Positions 1 through 12,801 of a stretch of DNA of 64,000 nt are shown here, piece by piece. Each line of letters starts with the position of its first letter. The stretch's first letter is position 1. The position numbers and the translations under genes are program-made. Under the pieces are notes generated by a model. It worked only from the letters and a program-made list of their open reading frames with translations, ran no database searches and was not told the DNA's origin. Origin of the DNA: Lobosporangium transversale (Eukaryota); assembly GCF_002105155.1 (NCBI RefSeq), contig NW_019028992.1, forward strand, positions 744,001 to 808,000. Direction: 5' to 3'.

Positions 1-162
1 CGTTTCAACATCAAGTTGAACGAGATTGAGAAGTGGATCGCCCGTCTCTTGCCCTCGCGTCAGTTCGGTTATATCATCCTCACCACCTCTGCTGGCATCA
101 TGGACCACGAGGAGGCTCGTCGTCGCCACACCGGAGGAAAGGTTTTGGGTTACTTCTATTAA
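1..162 (+). CDS. RPS22: 40S ribosomal protein uS8 (S22/S15a), 3' end only
   Basis: Frame 1 reads [53 protein letters not shown] then TAA at 160-162, the canonical uS8 C-terminus. Confidence 0.97.
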   Translation, partial: RFNIKLNEIEKWIARLLPSRQFGYIILTTSAGIMDHEEARRRHTGGKVLGYFY

Positions 163-490
163 AGAAAGAAAAAATAAACCAAGAAAAGAGAACCTAGTCT
201 AGCGGTAACCAGTGGTACTCCCTCCCACCCTCTTTTTTTTTTGGATCCTATGAACATTATTAAAGAACAAAACTGAAGGCGGTTATACGCTTTACTAAAC
301 AGTCATTTGCTATCATATAATTTTATTATTTCGGTTTGTTGTTGGTAGTAATAAGTTGAGAAGTAGGGCTACGGCGTTTATTTTTCGGATGTATCAAAAT
401 TGAATGTTTGAGGTGTTTTTTTTTTTTTTTTTTTTTTTTTTTGCCCTGTTCGATCACAACCTTCTCCTTAGCCTTCACTGAGTCGCTTCT

Positions 491-2119
491 TTAGTCGGTA
501 GTTCCTTCGACCTTCTGATTGATTTCAAAGAGACGAACTTGGTGCATAGATGGGAGTTTTGCAATCAGATTAATCACAGTGGCCACCAGATTAACAAAGA
601 AAGCGAAGGGTGCATAGTGAGTGTAATGGGTGCTGAGCAAGAACCTTTTTTTAGATAAAAAAAAAAAAAAAAAAAAAAAAAAAGTGTCAAATGGCTTTTC
701 CTTTGAGTTACAAGTAATAACATGGCAAGTTGGAAATCCTGCGGCAAAGAGTTGACTTTGCTCCTGAATGGCGTAGAGCCTCCACAACAAGATCAAGTGT
801 GGGAATTGGTGCGCAATGCGCAACGTGCTATCTTGTTCTGCGATTGTCCAAATCTATGACTGCGCTCTTTTCTTTTTTTGACATACGGTTCCATTAGTTT
901 CAGGTCTGCCTTGTCCTGCAAATGATAGCCGTCAGTATAAAAATAAAATTCTGGAATTGAGCAATCCTGTAACGCATCAAATCTCATAGCTCTTCCTGAT
1001 CCACTTATAGCTGACCCATGCATAGTTGATTTTCAAAAAGAGTCATGTCTCACTTACAAAACGATGGGCACCGTGGTTAAATACTTTCTCGTTGCCGTGA
1101 ACTGAACACCTCCATCGATCTGTTCCCACAGAGTAATTCCATCATATGCTCCTTGAGTGAAGATCTCGAATGGCACGCCTGTTACTGCATGGAACATAAT
1201 ATAGCTTCCCTATAAATGTAGCAATCAAATAAACAAAGAGGCAAAAAATGTTAGAAAAGGGTATAATACCACGCGATAGAACAAAGTCTAATAACAAGAT
1301 AAGAAAAAAAAAAAAAAAAAAAAAAGTCGATTCTGAGATAAACTAGGATGCCCTCTCTCGCCCCTTCTTCCCAAGGAGTAAAATGGTAAAAGTAGTTTGG
1401 AGATACTTTGATTTTTTTTTTTTCCCGACCAGTATCCACGGGGGCACATCTTCTCTGTTCACTCGGACAAATCCATATTCCATGATCGACCTGAACCCTT
1501 AGTCCTGTCCAATCTAGTCCAGATTTCGAATGTCTGGTACACAGCTTAATAACAGAGCCATTTTTTTTTTTTTTGTTGGTCAATTCCTTCCTTGCAATAT
1601 TCACGAAGTATATGACAATAAGCTGAAAAAAAAAAAAAAAAAAAAAAAGTCGGGGCTCCTGAATCGTATTACTCGATTTGGGCACCTGACCCATTAAATT
1701 TGCTCCCAGATAAAAATAATGTATCCAAGTTGGGATATAGAAAAGCGAGAGAAAAAAAAGCTCTCTCAATAAATGGAAAGCCAATAAAGAACGAACAACA
1801 AATAGGAAAAAAAATAAAAAAAAAAGTTGAATATGAAAAATTTACAATGTTGTAGGTGAGGTTGGTGAGGGTCCAGCTCAGTTCAGGTGAGATGCCTGGG
1901 ATGATGTTGAAGATGAACTTGAGAAAGACAATCAGGATAATGTTGGTTAACCAAGCACCTATTAATTTTGAACACCATTCCAGTTAATGTCAGGATGCAA
2001 GAGTAATAAGAGTTAGGGTGGTGTAGACAGGCTTGCATTAATTTCAGTAACATCAGCCTTGAGCTCATTTGCTGTCAACTAGGGCCAGGCAATAACAGCT
2101 TTGTTTGAGAGAAGGAGGG

Positions 2120-2167
<48 letters not shown>

Positions 2168-2302
2168 CATATAAAGGCCGAAAGGTCAGTAGGTAGATCA
2201 TTTACCTTTGTCGTTGACCCAGGATGAGTTGAGGTTGGTTTGAGAATGTTGGTCGAGTGACTGAACATAGTCGGTTTTGTAGACCGATGCAAGCTTGGTC
2301 AT
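491..2302 (-). CDS. ORM1: ORM1/ORMDL sphingolipid regulator, 4 exons (~2302-2205, ~1958-1846, ~1209-1057, ~644-491)
   Basis: Spliced peptide includes NLNSSWVNDKGAWLTNIIL, SWTLTNLTYNI, YIMFHAVTGVPFE, AYDGITLWEQIDGGVQFTATRKYLTTVPIVL and FLLSTHYTHY...IAKLPSMHQVRLF; GT-AG introns. Confidence 0.93.
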
Positions 2303-2745
2303 GGTTATTAAGTTTTTTTTTTTTTTTTTTTTTGAAAGCTGATCTGATCCTTGAGGATATGTTGTGCAATAAGTATTATGTATGGTGACAATACCAAGTG
2401 AAATATGAAATGACACTGGCAGTTATGAATTTAAAAAAAAAAGGGGGGGGAAGGTAATAAAGAAACGAATGAAAGGTGTAGAGACAAAGTTGAGTGAGTT
2501 AACAAATGAATGGAAAAGATGAAAAGCTGAATGATGCATTAGAAAAGGGGAAAGAAGACTAAGTTACTGCGCGTCCCAAGTTCCTTTTTGAGCATAGTGA
2601 CCCTGTCAATTTGCCCCACTTTTCTTTGTTTAGACAAATCTCAATCAATGTGCAAACCCATTTCCAAGTACAGGTTACAAACACGTTTCTTTTTAATGTT
2701 GCTACTAGGTTACAAAAAAAAAAGTAATAAAATACAAACATCTCA

Positions 2746-3670
2746 CGCGATTATCTTGGACACTTTTCCTATTCCTTTGGTTCGACCCTCTCGGAAAATC
2801 TAATGATGACCATAAAGATCTGATGGTTAGGGTGTTTTTTCCTACCTTTGACTTTCTATGACAAATATTAAATAAGCAGTTCATAATCCCCTCCATGTAA
2901 AAATTGTATTACCAAACGAGCTCCGATTTTTAGATAGGCAGGCTGAAGGAATTGGAATCGGACAGTGGCACGGTCTCCTGTACGCAAGATTTGATCGGGT
3001 TTATCCATCGCCAGAACACGTGCTGTTTGGCGAACAGCACCGCAATGCAACATGGCTTGATACTTGTGGCCGATAGTGGTAGAATGGTACAGCACAAGGA
3101 TCTCAGCTTCAAACTCTCGACATCCTCGAGGTGGGGGGGTTGTTTCCTTGTCCAGCATTACCATTCCTTTTCGGATAGTGGATCGACGCACCTTCTTTAA
3201 TCCGAAGGAGGCACTTTGGCCCGCACAAGCTAAAGGAACATTTAGTCGCTTGCGCTGAATACTCTTGACGGTCACCATTTGAAACGCTCCATTGCCATCC
3301 GGTCCAAGGTACAGCTGATCACCCGCATGAACAATTCCGTTCATGACCACTCCACTGACAACAGTTCCAACAAAGGGAACAGAGAAAGTGTCCGTAATCT
3401 GATACTCAACAGGCTCATCCTTATTATACTTTTGACTGATAGGTAATACGTTCAAAAAGTTTTTGAGTAAATCTAGACCTTCACCAGTAACGTTACTGAC
3501 TTGGAAGATAGGGCAGATACGCTCACTAACAAAATTGCCTGCTGTAACCACAACGTCCTCATGCGACTAAATACAACAAATCAAATCAATACGGGATGGT
3601 AAACAAAACTTTTTCGATTAGATCCAAGATCTTTGGTTTTAAACATCGAATCCTTACAAATACGTGAAAA

Positions 3671-3704
<34 letters not shown>

Positions 3705-4008
3705 GGTGTTACCTTGACAAACATGGGGATTTTTCGGCATCCAGCAGACTTGAGAATCTTCGTTAGCTGCTTTACTGTATTCTCTAATACGTTAGGCGGG
3801 CACATGTCGATCTTTGTGATAACAACCAGGACAGGAACACCCAGAGCTAGTGACAAGCCAAGATGTTCTTTGGTCATACCAATAATTCCAGCGTTGGATC
3901 CAACCATAAGCATCACGAAATCAGGAGCGCATCCAGTCATACCAAACACCGTAGTCTATCGCACGCAGAAGAGAAAAAAGGAATTATGTCTTAACAGCCC
4001 TGCCACGC

Positions 4009-4040
<32 letters not shown>

Positions 4041-5835
4041 CCTTTAATCAAAATTGTGATATCGCCTTACCTTGAGATATCGCTCATGTCCAGCAAGATC
4101 AATAAATGACAAGACCTGAGGTCAAATGAAATGTCGCTTATTAATAAGATATACCTTACAGTTATATAAAAAAGAACAAAAAAATATACCTATATGCCTT
4201 ACTTTAGCGGCTTTTCCGCAGATTTCGTCCCAGGGAGCATTCCTGCCGTTTACCAGGGTAGAAACAGGCTGCGATTTGGCATCAAACCCCAAAATTTCCA
4301 TACCTACGGACGATGTTCGGCCGGAATCAATCTCGTGTTTATGTCTAAAAGGGATCAACGTCAAATGGCCCTTAGCAGACAAGGATTGGATCTTTTGATG
4401 CTATGAAAAAAAGAATGAGCTACGGATATCTTACCGGAACAAATTGACTCGTGCCTTTCCACGTCCATCATCAAGGACGCCTTTAGTAAGGACTCCTAGC
4501 AAAGTAGACTATAATAACATCATGGTGTGTTAATTACTTGTTCAGCTCTGTCAAGGCTATAGAATATATGGCCGTCAAATGGAAGCAACAAATATACCTT
4601 TCCGGCATCCTGATCGATTTGCGGAGCATAGCGATAAGAAAAAATAAAAAGACATATTAATATCAATATCTCTTCAAGATCGATCGAGCTAAATATAGGA
4701 GGTGAAAAAAAAAAAATCGCTACAACCGAGCAATTATACATACAACGTTTCCAACGACAGCGACGCGAAGCTCCAGTAATTCCTCAGCTGATTTGGGTAC
4801 TTTTCGAATCATGACATAGGATGTCTTGCCCGTTGATTGATCAGTACTATCGCCTGTTGCTCCCGATGTTGACTCTGGTAGTGATGGACCAGAGTTCTTC
4901 TCGAACATAATAGCGACTTCAGCGCCAATAGCAGAAGCAGCTGTCCGAACAGTTGAGAATGCAGTCTGATATTCGGTCTCTGTAAGGTTCATAGGAGCAC
5001 CATCCTCTATTTTTATAAAAGGCAGAAATATAGGAGACACGACAAGATTACATTGGGTTAACTTTCAAAAGATTTTTCTTTCTTTCTTTTTCCTTCTCAA
5101 AAGAAAATAATTGGATTAGGATTAGGATTGATTCATCAAGACTAACCTTCGATTCCAATCTCGAAGAGGGCCTCGCCAGAGCCCTCTCGTATCCTTGCTG
5201 CGAGCAAATTCTGAAGTGATTCCAAATGAGACTCTGTAGGATTAAGAAGTTGCTCCTGTAATGAATAAAGAAATATAATAGATTGAGTGATACAGTACTT
5301 TGCTGTTTTAGCGCAAATGAACAACCAACCACCAGTTGCCATGGATGCATTTTATGTGAGAGCCCTGTGAAAAAAAAGATGATGACCACATTTCCCCCTC
5401 GCGCAAAATATGCAAGTAATAGAGAGGAGAAAGGGCGCAAAGTCTAGGACTTTTTTATGGGACAATGGGCTTAGTAATGGTCACGAAGGTTCTCCGATGT
5501 CCGCTAATTGGCGAGTAGGAAAAGTAGAAGGAGGGGAAAAGCAAGGCAATGACCATTACCTTTAATGAGAGATCTTTGATGCCACTTCTTTGAGCCTCGA
5601 AACCAGCGAGGGGATCGTCAATATCATTCAAATCAAAGTCGTTGATGTTTAATGAGCTAGTTCCTTCAGTTGTATCAGCATCTATGGAGGTGACAGTGCT
5701 ATCCTTAGCTAAGTTCATGGCATTGAGTTTGTCAACTATTGATGTGGCTGTAGCATCCTGGGGGGAACCGGAAGCGTGAGGTATTGAGTGTTCAGCTGAT
5801 TTGTTTCCCCCTTTGACGTCGTCCTTCTTCAGCAT
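2746..5835 (-). CDS. GTPBP1: GTP-binding protein 1 (GTPBP1-like translational GTPase), multi-exon; exact stop uncertain (~2640-2750)
   Basis: Motifs [59 protein letters not shown]-Tu-like domains II/III and [11 protein letters not shown]. Confidence 0.93.
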
Positions 5836-6741
5836 GCTTGAGAGAGAGAAATGGATAGAGAAATAGATAGTCGGGTCAATTTGCTTTATTCCCCAATTGT
5901 TCCTGAAGGAAGGACTGGTAGCTGGGTATGAATGTGTTTTGTTTGCAAGCGGCTACTTGAGTTCTTTGTTTTTTTTTGTTGTTGTTGTTTGGAAGGTAAG
6001 AAAAGCGGCCTTTTATAAAAAAAACGAATGAGAAAAAAAGTGAATGGGAGGGAGTCTGAATGGGCTGCATCAACAAGACGCTGACTGTTGTAAGCGCGAT
6101 TCTAGATGAGGCGCAGCTGAACCTTTTTTTTTCCCACTTACGATTTGGACCAAGCATGAGACAAAGTATTCTTTCTGACAGTATACAATATGTGCCCATG
6201 TACTCGCTCCAAAGGTGGAGGTTGGATCAGAGTCACTTTAACAAATCTGCATTAGGATTGAGGTTCATTCGCATGAGGCTGAGCACTTGTTGGATTCTGC
6301 TTGTTGGTTAATAGCATTCACAGAGATAATATCTTTCTTCGCACGGTCAAGCTCTCACCTGTAAGAGTCAGGAGGAGGCGCATTCGATTTGGTTTCTTCT
6401 GACTCACAATCACCTTTTTTCTTTAGTAAACTAGAAATAGCAAATAGACCTAGGTGCATGGATCTTTAAATTGTTTCTATGGGCTTCTTTTTTTTTTTTT
6501 TTTTTTAATATCTTGCTTCTTGACATGTTTTTCTTTTTTTTTTTTTTTTGATAACAAGGGCTCACGATTCTTGACATGTTTTTCTTTCAGAGGAAACACT
6601 TAAATCTATGACAGATCGTCGGTCGCACAATTCATTGCAACACTTCGGAATATGGTGATGTAAAAAAAATTCACTTGAAGTTGCAACTACACGTGAACAT
6701 GAAATTTGTACAGGTTTTTCTATTCAATAGCTCGGAAGGCT

Positions 6742-6815
6742 GGTAAGCCTGGCCTAGTGGCTAAAACTTCCCTCTCTGTAGAGGAGGGTCTGGGTTCCAA
6801 GCCCGGAAGATCCGT
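6742..6815 (+). pseudogene. tRNA-like element (degenerate tRNA-Tyr(GTA) or tRNA-derived SINE head)
   Basis: A-box-like TGGCCTAGTGG; anticodon stem CCTCT/GGAGG around loop CTGTAGA; T-arm CTGGG-TTCCAAG-CCCGG; acceptor stem does not pair. Confidence 0.5.
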
Positions 6816-6999
6816 TTTCTCTTGGATCAAAGCAAGGGACAGAGAGGTATGGCCTCCAACCTGAGTATGGAGCAGGTTAATTTCGCTTTGTACTAACCCA
6901 GTCTTTGCATCGTCAAAAAATGTAACCGTACCATAGATTAGAGAAGAGTCCTTAGTAGAAGAAATTGTTTATTCGATGCACACCACTACCAAATAAACC

Positions 7000-8421
7000 T
7001 TTCAAGGCTTTCTTCTAAGCCGGCAATCTGCCCCTGGTCTCTGACAGCAACTTCCCTACTGTTTTATCTTAACAGACAACAGGACCTTTTGGATGCCGAA
7101 GATGGCCTTGAAACTTCCAAACAGACCTATCCGCAGCTCTATCTAGTCTTGCTGAAAGAGAGCTTGAGCTGGAAAATACAAAGGTGAGCATGCACGCCAG
7201 GAGGCCAAAGCTGAAGTTGATAAAGAACTATCCAGTCACTCTGACTCGATTCGAGCTGCTGTAGAATACCAAGGATACCCTTATCGACTGCGATCGTGCA
7301 CGCCAGAAGGCCAACTGCATGTTACTTGGCTCCCATGCGTGGCATACATGATGCAACTTTGCGTCAAAAAGTCCATTGCTAAGTCGAAGATGTGGAGTCC
7401 CTGTTGGAACAAGCCCAAAAGCTGTCAAGCTTGTTGCAGACCCCTAACGGCAGTGTGTACCTGAAAGTAGCGCAGAAGTCCTTAGGGGTAATTGAACTTA
7501 AAAGCGTAGGGATACACTGAGACGCGCTGGAATTCCTACTACATCATGGCCGAGCGCATTGTAGTTTTGTCCGAGGCCGTCGCAGAAATGATGGGAATAC
7601 TTGACCAGCCAGATATCCCACCAGAAATGAAAAGGTTCTGGAAATCTAATAGAGACACTTTTCTTTGTGGTGACAAGGTCAAGCAACTCAAAGAGGTAAT
7701 CGAGGTCCGATCCGCAATGGCTTTCACAGAGACGATGAGCGGCAAAGGTCCAGTTGTGCCGGAGTTATACCCAATGATCCACTCCATCATAACAGAAGAG
7801 TAAGAGTGATGTTCCCGGGAGCCACAGCTCTCCGTGCGGAGTTCGTCAGTCGTCTGCAAAAGAATTTTGATCTGGATAGCATACTAGACGCAATTCTGAT
7901 TAGAAAATCCTTGAACCCTGCGTTTGCTCATCATCGTTTGTTCCAGTATGAGAACCAGGACGACGCCGCTAATGATGCCAGTGCGCCAAAAACCTTAGCT
8001 ATCAAAGTTAGGAGCTGATACACGATGGTCAACAACGGATACTAAGAAATATGCGCAACTCTACTCTGATCCCCTAAGCCCTGAGGCTCTTGGCCGGCAC
8101 TTGAAGTTTAGTATCGCTGAATACAAGATACTAATGGAAAACATACCGGAGGCTTGCTCAACATACAAAGCAGAGCCAGAGACCTGGTGGCGCCACAGCC
8201 ACCGCACTGCGAGCTACTTGGCGCCCACTGCCCGCGCGTATTTGAGTGTCCAAGCCACGTCTGTCGCAAGTGAACGGCTTTTCGGCGACGTAGGGTATCT
8301 TCTCAGCGATAAAAGAGCAAACTTGAGCACTTGCGTCTTTACGAAAATGGTTCTATACAGGTCAATTCATAAAGTTTTGCAGTCAGGAAAAAGATTTGCT
8401 CTTGTGTCGGGAAATATATAA
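7000..8421 (+). mobile_element. Decayed hAT-family DNA transposase (stops/frameshifts); 5' limit approximate
   Basis: 8101-8421 encodes WWRH...LAPTARAYLSVQATSVASERLFGDVG...KRANL, the hAT C-terminal dimerisation motif; upstream ORFs 7546-7803 and 7806-8018 are broken pieces. Confidence 0.85.
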
Positions 8422-8460
8422 TTTCATTTATTAATTATCAATTAGAGATTCTCCTTTTCC

Positions 8461-8659
8461 CAGTGACTTGAACTGATGTACACCCCTCCCAATGACTTTC
8501 TGAGTAGGACTTTCTATTCTATTTTGATTCAATCGCGACCACAGAACGAGAAATATATTCTGAATGGTTTTTTTAAGTCGCCTTCGCGTCTCAATTCAAT
8601 CGTATTCTAAAAAATAGTAAAGTCAATGGGAGGGGGGTGTACATCAGTACGAAACACTG
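8461..8659. mobile_element. ~200-bp MITE with ~40-bp imperfect terminal inverted repeats
   Basis: Left end CAGTGACTTGAACTGATGTACACCCCTCCCAATGACTTT matches the reverse complement of the right end, CAGTGTTTCGTACTGATGTACACCCCCCTCCCATTGACTTT; no clear TSD. Confidence 0.8.
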
Positions 8660-9534
8660 CCTCAAAGTTTGTCGATATGCTACACTGCCAGCAAAGTCTA
8701 GGGTTTAATTTTCAATCACATGACCCATCCATCCCCAAATGTAGGAATTGAATGATCTTTAAGTTTTTTATTTTCACACACAAAGGTATTTAGGAGACAA
8801 TATCGAGTGGATGAATCCGGACAACTTATCGTTGCAATTATCCATCGATCCATAGATAAATGAAAAGCGACTCAACTATCTAACACTTTCTACATCAGCA
8901 ATCATTTATTTGATTTGGACTGGAAAACAAGAAGAAAGATCTCTAATGTTATCGTGGAGAAGTCGCCAAACCCTTGTCTTTACGCATGGTTATATCATAC
9001 ACGCTTTTTATTTTCTTGGCGCCAGTTTTTTTTTTTTTTTTTTTTTTTTTTAGACCAGGAGAATCCAAAATCAACTTTATCACCTATGGGAGCTGATATT
9101 TTATGATAGTTATGGTTCTCAGTCTGATGAAAAGATGTTGGAATGAATGTAGTTGATCAAGGATGTCTGGATTTTGAATGAACAGCGATTCCAGGAATTG
9201 GTGCAATTAGCTTTTTTTCTGCAATCGATAATCTTACTGGAAGAAACAGAAAACTTGATCAGCTACTTGACTCACACATCTTTTCATCAACTGAGACTCG
9301 ATGGCACTGTAGAGGAATATTAGCTTCCATTTGAGATAAACTAGATTTTTGGACCCAACGATGCAAGGATATAATATGATCATTCGTGGAGATACTCAAA
9401 CGGGATATTAGGGGAAAATATCCGTGGAAAACATCTTGATTATCAGCTGCGAGATCAATTGAACTCAACACTTTTGCATATACGTTTTTTGTTGTTCTTG
9501 TTGGCGTTACGACAATCAATCGTTTAGACTAAAA

Positions 9535-10149
9535 ATGGGAGCCTACAAGTATCTCGAGGAGTTGGCCAAGAAGAAGCAGTCTGATGTTATGCGCTTCTTG
9601 CTCCGCGTTCGCTGCTGGGAGTACCGTCAGTTGAATGTCATCCACCGCGCCTCGCGCCCCTCGCGCCCTGACAAGGCTCGTCGCTTGGGATACAAGGCCA
9701 AGCAGGGATATGTCATCTACCGTATCCGTGTCCGCCGTGGTGGTCGCAAAAAGCCTGTTCCCAAGGGTGCTACCTATGGCAAGCCTGGTGGACATGGTGT
9801 GAATCAGCTCAAGTACCAGCGTTCGCTCCAGGCCACTGCTGAGGAGCGTGTTGGCCGCAAGTGCGGTAACTTGCGTGTCCTCAACTCGTACTGGGTCAAC
9901 CAGGATTCGACCTACAAGTACTTCGAAGTCATCTTGGTCGATCCCTCCCACAAGGCCATCCGTCGCGATCCCCGTATCAACTGGATTGTCAACCCTGTCC
10001 ACAAGCGCCGTGAGGCTCGTGGTCTTACCTCAGCCACCAAGAAGAACCGTGGTCACGGCAAGGGCCATGGCTTCAACAAGACCATTGGCTCTGGTCGCCG
10101 CGCCAACTGGAAGAGACGCAACACCCTCTCTCTCCGTCGCTACCGTTAA
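9535..10149 (+). CDS. RPL15: 60S ribosomal protein eL15
   Basis: 204-aa intronless [35 protein letters not shown]...NTLSLRRYR with strong codon bias. Confidence 0.99.
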   Translation: MGAYKYLEELAKKKQSDVMRFLLRVRCWEYRQLNVIHRASRPSRPDKARRLGYKAKQGYVIYRIRVRRGGRKKPVPKGATYGKPGGHGVNQLKYQRSLQATAEERVGRKCGNLRVLNSYWVNQDSTYKYFEVILVDPSHKAIRRDPRINWIVNPVHKRREARGLTSATKKNRGHGKGHGFNKTIGSGRRANWKRRNTLSLRRYR

Positions 10150-10485
10150 AGTATCCTCCTTTCTTTCTTTCTTTCTTTTTTTTTTTTTCTGGAATTGGGC
10201 ATCTACTTGATCGTTTTCTTTTTATTTTTGACTTGCCATCTCAGCTGAGTCGTTTTCATATCTGGAAATAAATGTTTAATGTGTTCTCCAATATACTTTC
10301 GAAAACGAGCATTACTGGAAACCATGTTTGATGGCAAGTCCAGTTGCACTATGGACAATTCATATGAGATGGATGCAAACCAATTTTTGATTGGTGATTA
10401 AGGAGTTCTTTTGCGAACATGTCAAGCATACTTGCTCCTCAACACTTGATATATTTTAAGTAGAAATGATCTTTTAAATGATGCA

Positions 10486-10800
10486 TTATTCAAATAACAT
10501 ATGGTGCGCTTTTTGCGATAGGACGATACACTTGAAGAACTGGAGGAAATGTATGGCCCAGTATTGTTTTGCCTCATTGGCTTTGAAGGTATCATTAGGT
10601 GTTGTCGCCGAGGAAGGGTGATATTCAGCGAACTGATAAGCCTCAAATATGATTCTCCAGCAGATATCGATTGGGTGTAGTTGAACTTTTTTGGCGAAGG
10701 CTGGCATGTTTACGTGCTCTGCGCTATCTTTTAATAGGGATAACACCCATTGGGATTGCTTGTTGAACGAGCTGTATGTCAGTTTGATAGTGAATCTCAT
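10486..10800 (-). CDS. Hypothetical protein or gene fragment
   Basis: 104-aa ORF with protein-like composition, no recognised motif. Confidence 0.25.
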   Translation of the reverse strand: MRFTIKLTYSSFNKQSQWVLSLLKDSAEHVNMPAFAKKVQLHPIDICWRIIFEAYQFAEYHPSSATTPNDTFKANEAKQYWAIHFLQFFKCIVLSQKAHHMLFE

Positions 10801-11734
10801 TTCGTCAATCGTTGAGTAAATGTCATAATGTGATAATCAAAATATTTCCAGCCAAGAGAGACGCGCCCCAGAGCCAGAGATTCTTGACCACCAGTCCGCA
10901 CCTCAGTTGGGCCGGCAACCCTATTCATCACTGACGAATGGTAAATTGCCCTGCCTCAAGAAAGCAATGCATTGGAAAGGTGTTTGTGTTACTCTTGTAC
11001 ACATCAAATATCAAATGTTCTCCTTCACAGATCGCGTCTACAATGCACTAGAGATTTAAATTGTGAAGCTCTGAAATCAAGAATGTGAAAAATATTCAAA
11101 AGGTTAAAGACTTTGTGCATCAATACCCCAGCTTGCATTTTTCTTGGTCTTTTACCCCTGCTTGACCCATTGGGCTTGTTGTCCTCCGCTTGAGGCAACC
11201 CAGCCTTTCCTTTTATCTAATCCGCTGGATTTTGCTCAACCTTCCCTTACTTTCCATAGCTTCAGTAGCAGCTGTCGTCGCTGTCGTCGTTGTCCTCCTC
11301 ATTGGTTCTTTAGGCTTGCTTCCTTCTCCCTGATATGACACAGAGATTGAAGCCATATAAACCCATCAAGCATATGAGACTTTTTTTTTTTTTTTTTTTT
11401 TTTCTTCTTTTCTTTTTCTTTTTGTAAAGCAAGGTAAGAGACCCAGTCCATAAAGTCGATATCATTTATCGCGAACATGGACGCTGCTGCAACAAGAATT
11501 GGCGGCGGTCCAATCATTTCCCTTCATTTCCAGCCATTGAGAAAAGTAAAAAAACGAGTTTAAATCATTGACTCCTCCGCTCCGCTCTTCACAAAATCCC
11601 GCTGCGTACTCTCTCCACACATCTTTTTTTCTTTTTTCATCTTTCATCTTTTCCCTTTCACCTTCCCTCACCTACACCTCCGCCTTTACTTCTTATTTTC
11701 GATTTCAGTTTCCCTAGAAACAAAAATTAATAAA

Positions 11735-12278
11735 ATGAAGATCACTTCCCTAGAGTCCTTACCTGTTGCCTATGTCTCTCACGATTCAAAAGTAGAAAAA
11801 AAAGTCCTTTTGAAAAATGGGGAAGTGCCTCATGTCACCCAACTAGCTGTAGCGACACTGAAACCAGGCGAACAAGCATCAATGCATCATCACACAGACA
11901 TGACTGAGAGTACGAGAATCTCGTTTTTTTTTTTTTATCATTTTCTATAGAAAGAAACAGGTGCCTCTGTGGTTACTCATGTTTTATTATTATTACTATT
12001 TTTGTTCAACAATAGCATTTCACTTTCAGTCCGGATCAGGAGAGATGGAGGTTGATGGCAAGATCTTTAAAGTCAAAGCTGGTACAACTGTCACGGTCTT
12101 TCCAATGGAGGCACATGAGATCAGGTTAGGAGCATCAGAATCAATTTCACATTCTTCATTCTTCATTTAAATGTAGCTTGCAATGTGGAGTTTCATTCAT
12201 TAACAAGTGTTATAATTTTATCCTATCAGGAACAATGGGTCCAAGGACTTGGTCGTAATTTACTTTGGAATTGTCTGA
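11735..12278 (+). CDS. Small cupin (RmlC-like/Cupin_2) protein, 3 exons (~11735-11909, ~12016-12124, ~12230-12278)
   Basis: Cupin motifs LKPGEQASMHHHTDMTE...FHFQSGSG and VFPMEAHEIRNNGSKDLVVIYFGIV*; GT-AG introns. Confidence 0.85.
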
Positions 12279-12801
12279 TCCCTCAGGACAGTAGGGCATT
12301 TCTTGATAACGGTTGCCCGACATTTATATTTATATCCCCTTCATTAATTAATAAAAAAACCATACATTTCAATTGTCCTACATTCTCTTTTTTCTGTGTT
12401 CCTGATCCATGCATCCTGGCATGCTCCCATAGGCTTGGAAGGGCTCCCTTTCTTTCCCTCTTGAAGATTATTTTAAGCTCCTCACAATATATTAGCTCGT
12501 ACCACGCACGTTCGAGGCATTGCATTCATCGCATCGCATTGCATTGCATTGCATTGCATTGTTTTTTTTTTTTTTTTTTTTTTTTTTAGTTTTTTATTTT
12601 TTATTACAGTACATCTTGACGACTCACTCCTCTTTTGTCATGACGACTCCTTAAAACCACAAGCCAAGAACCCAAAGACTAGAACAAGAGAAAAGCGATA
12701 CCCCGATTTTTTTTTCTTCTTTATCTTTCAATACCACCCTTTCTTTCTTTCTTTCTTTCATTTCCACAAGAAAAAAACAAGCTAAAAGAACCACGCTCAC
12801 A

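Noticed and set aside
9529..10002. 157-aa ORF antisense to RPL15
   Set aside because: Shadow ORF caused by codon bias of a highly expressed gene.
10860..10945. HDV-ribozyme-like look (ACCA...GGCAAC...CGAATGGT)
   Set aside because: No adequate P1 helix could be formed; probably chance.
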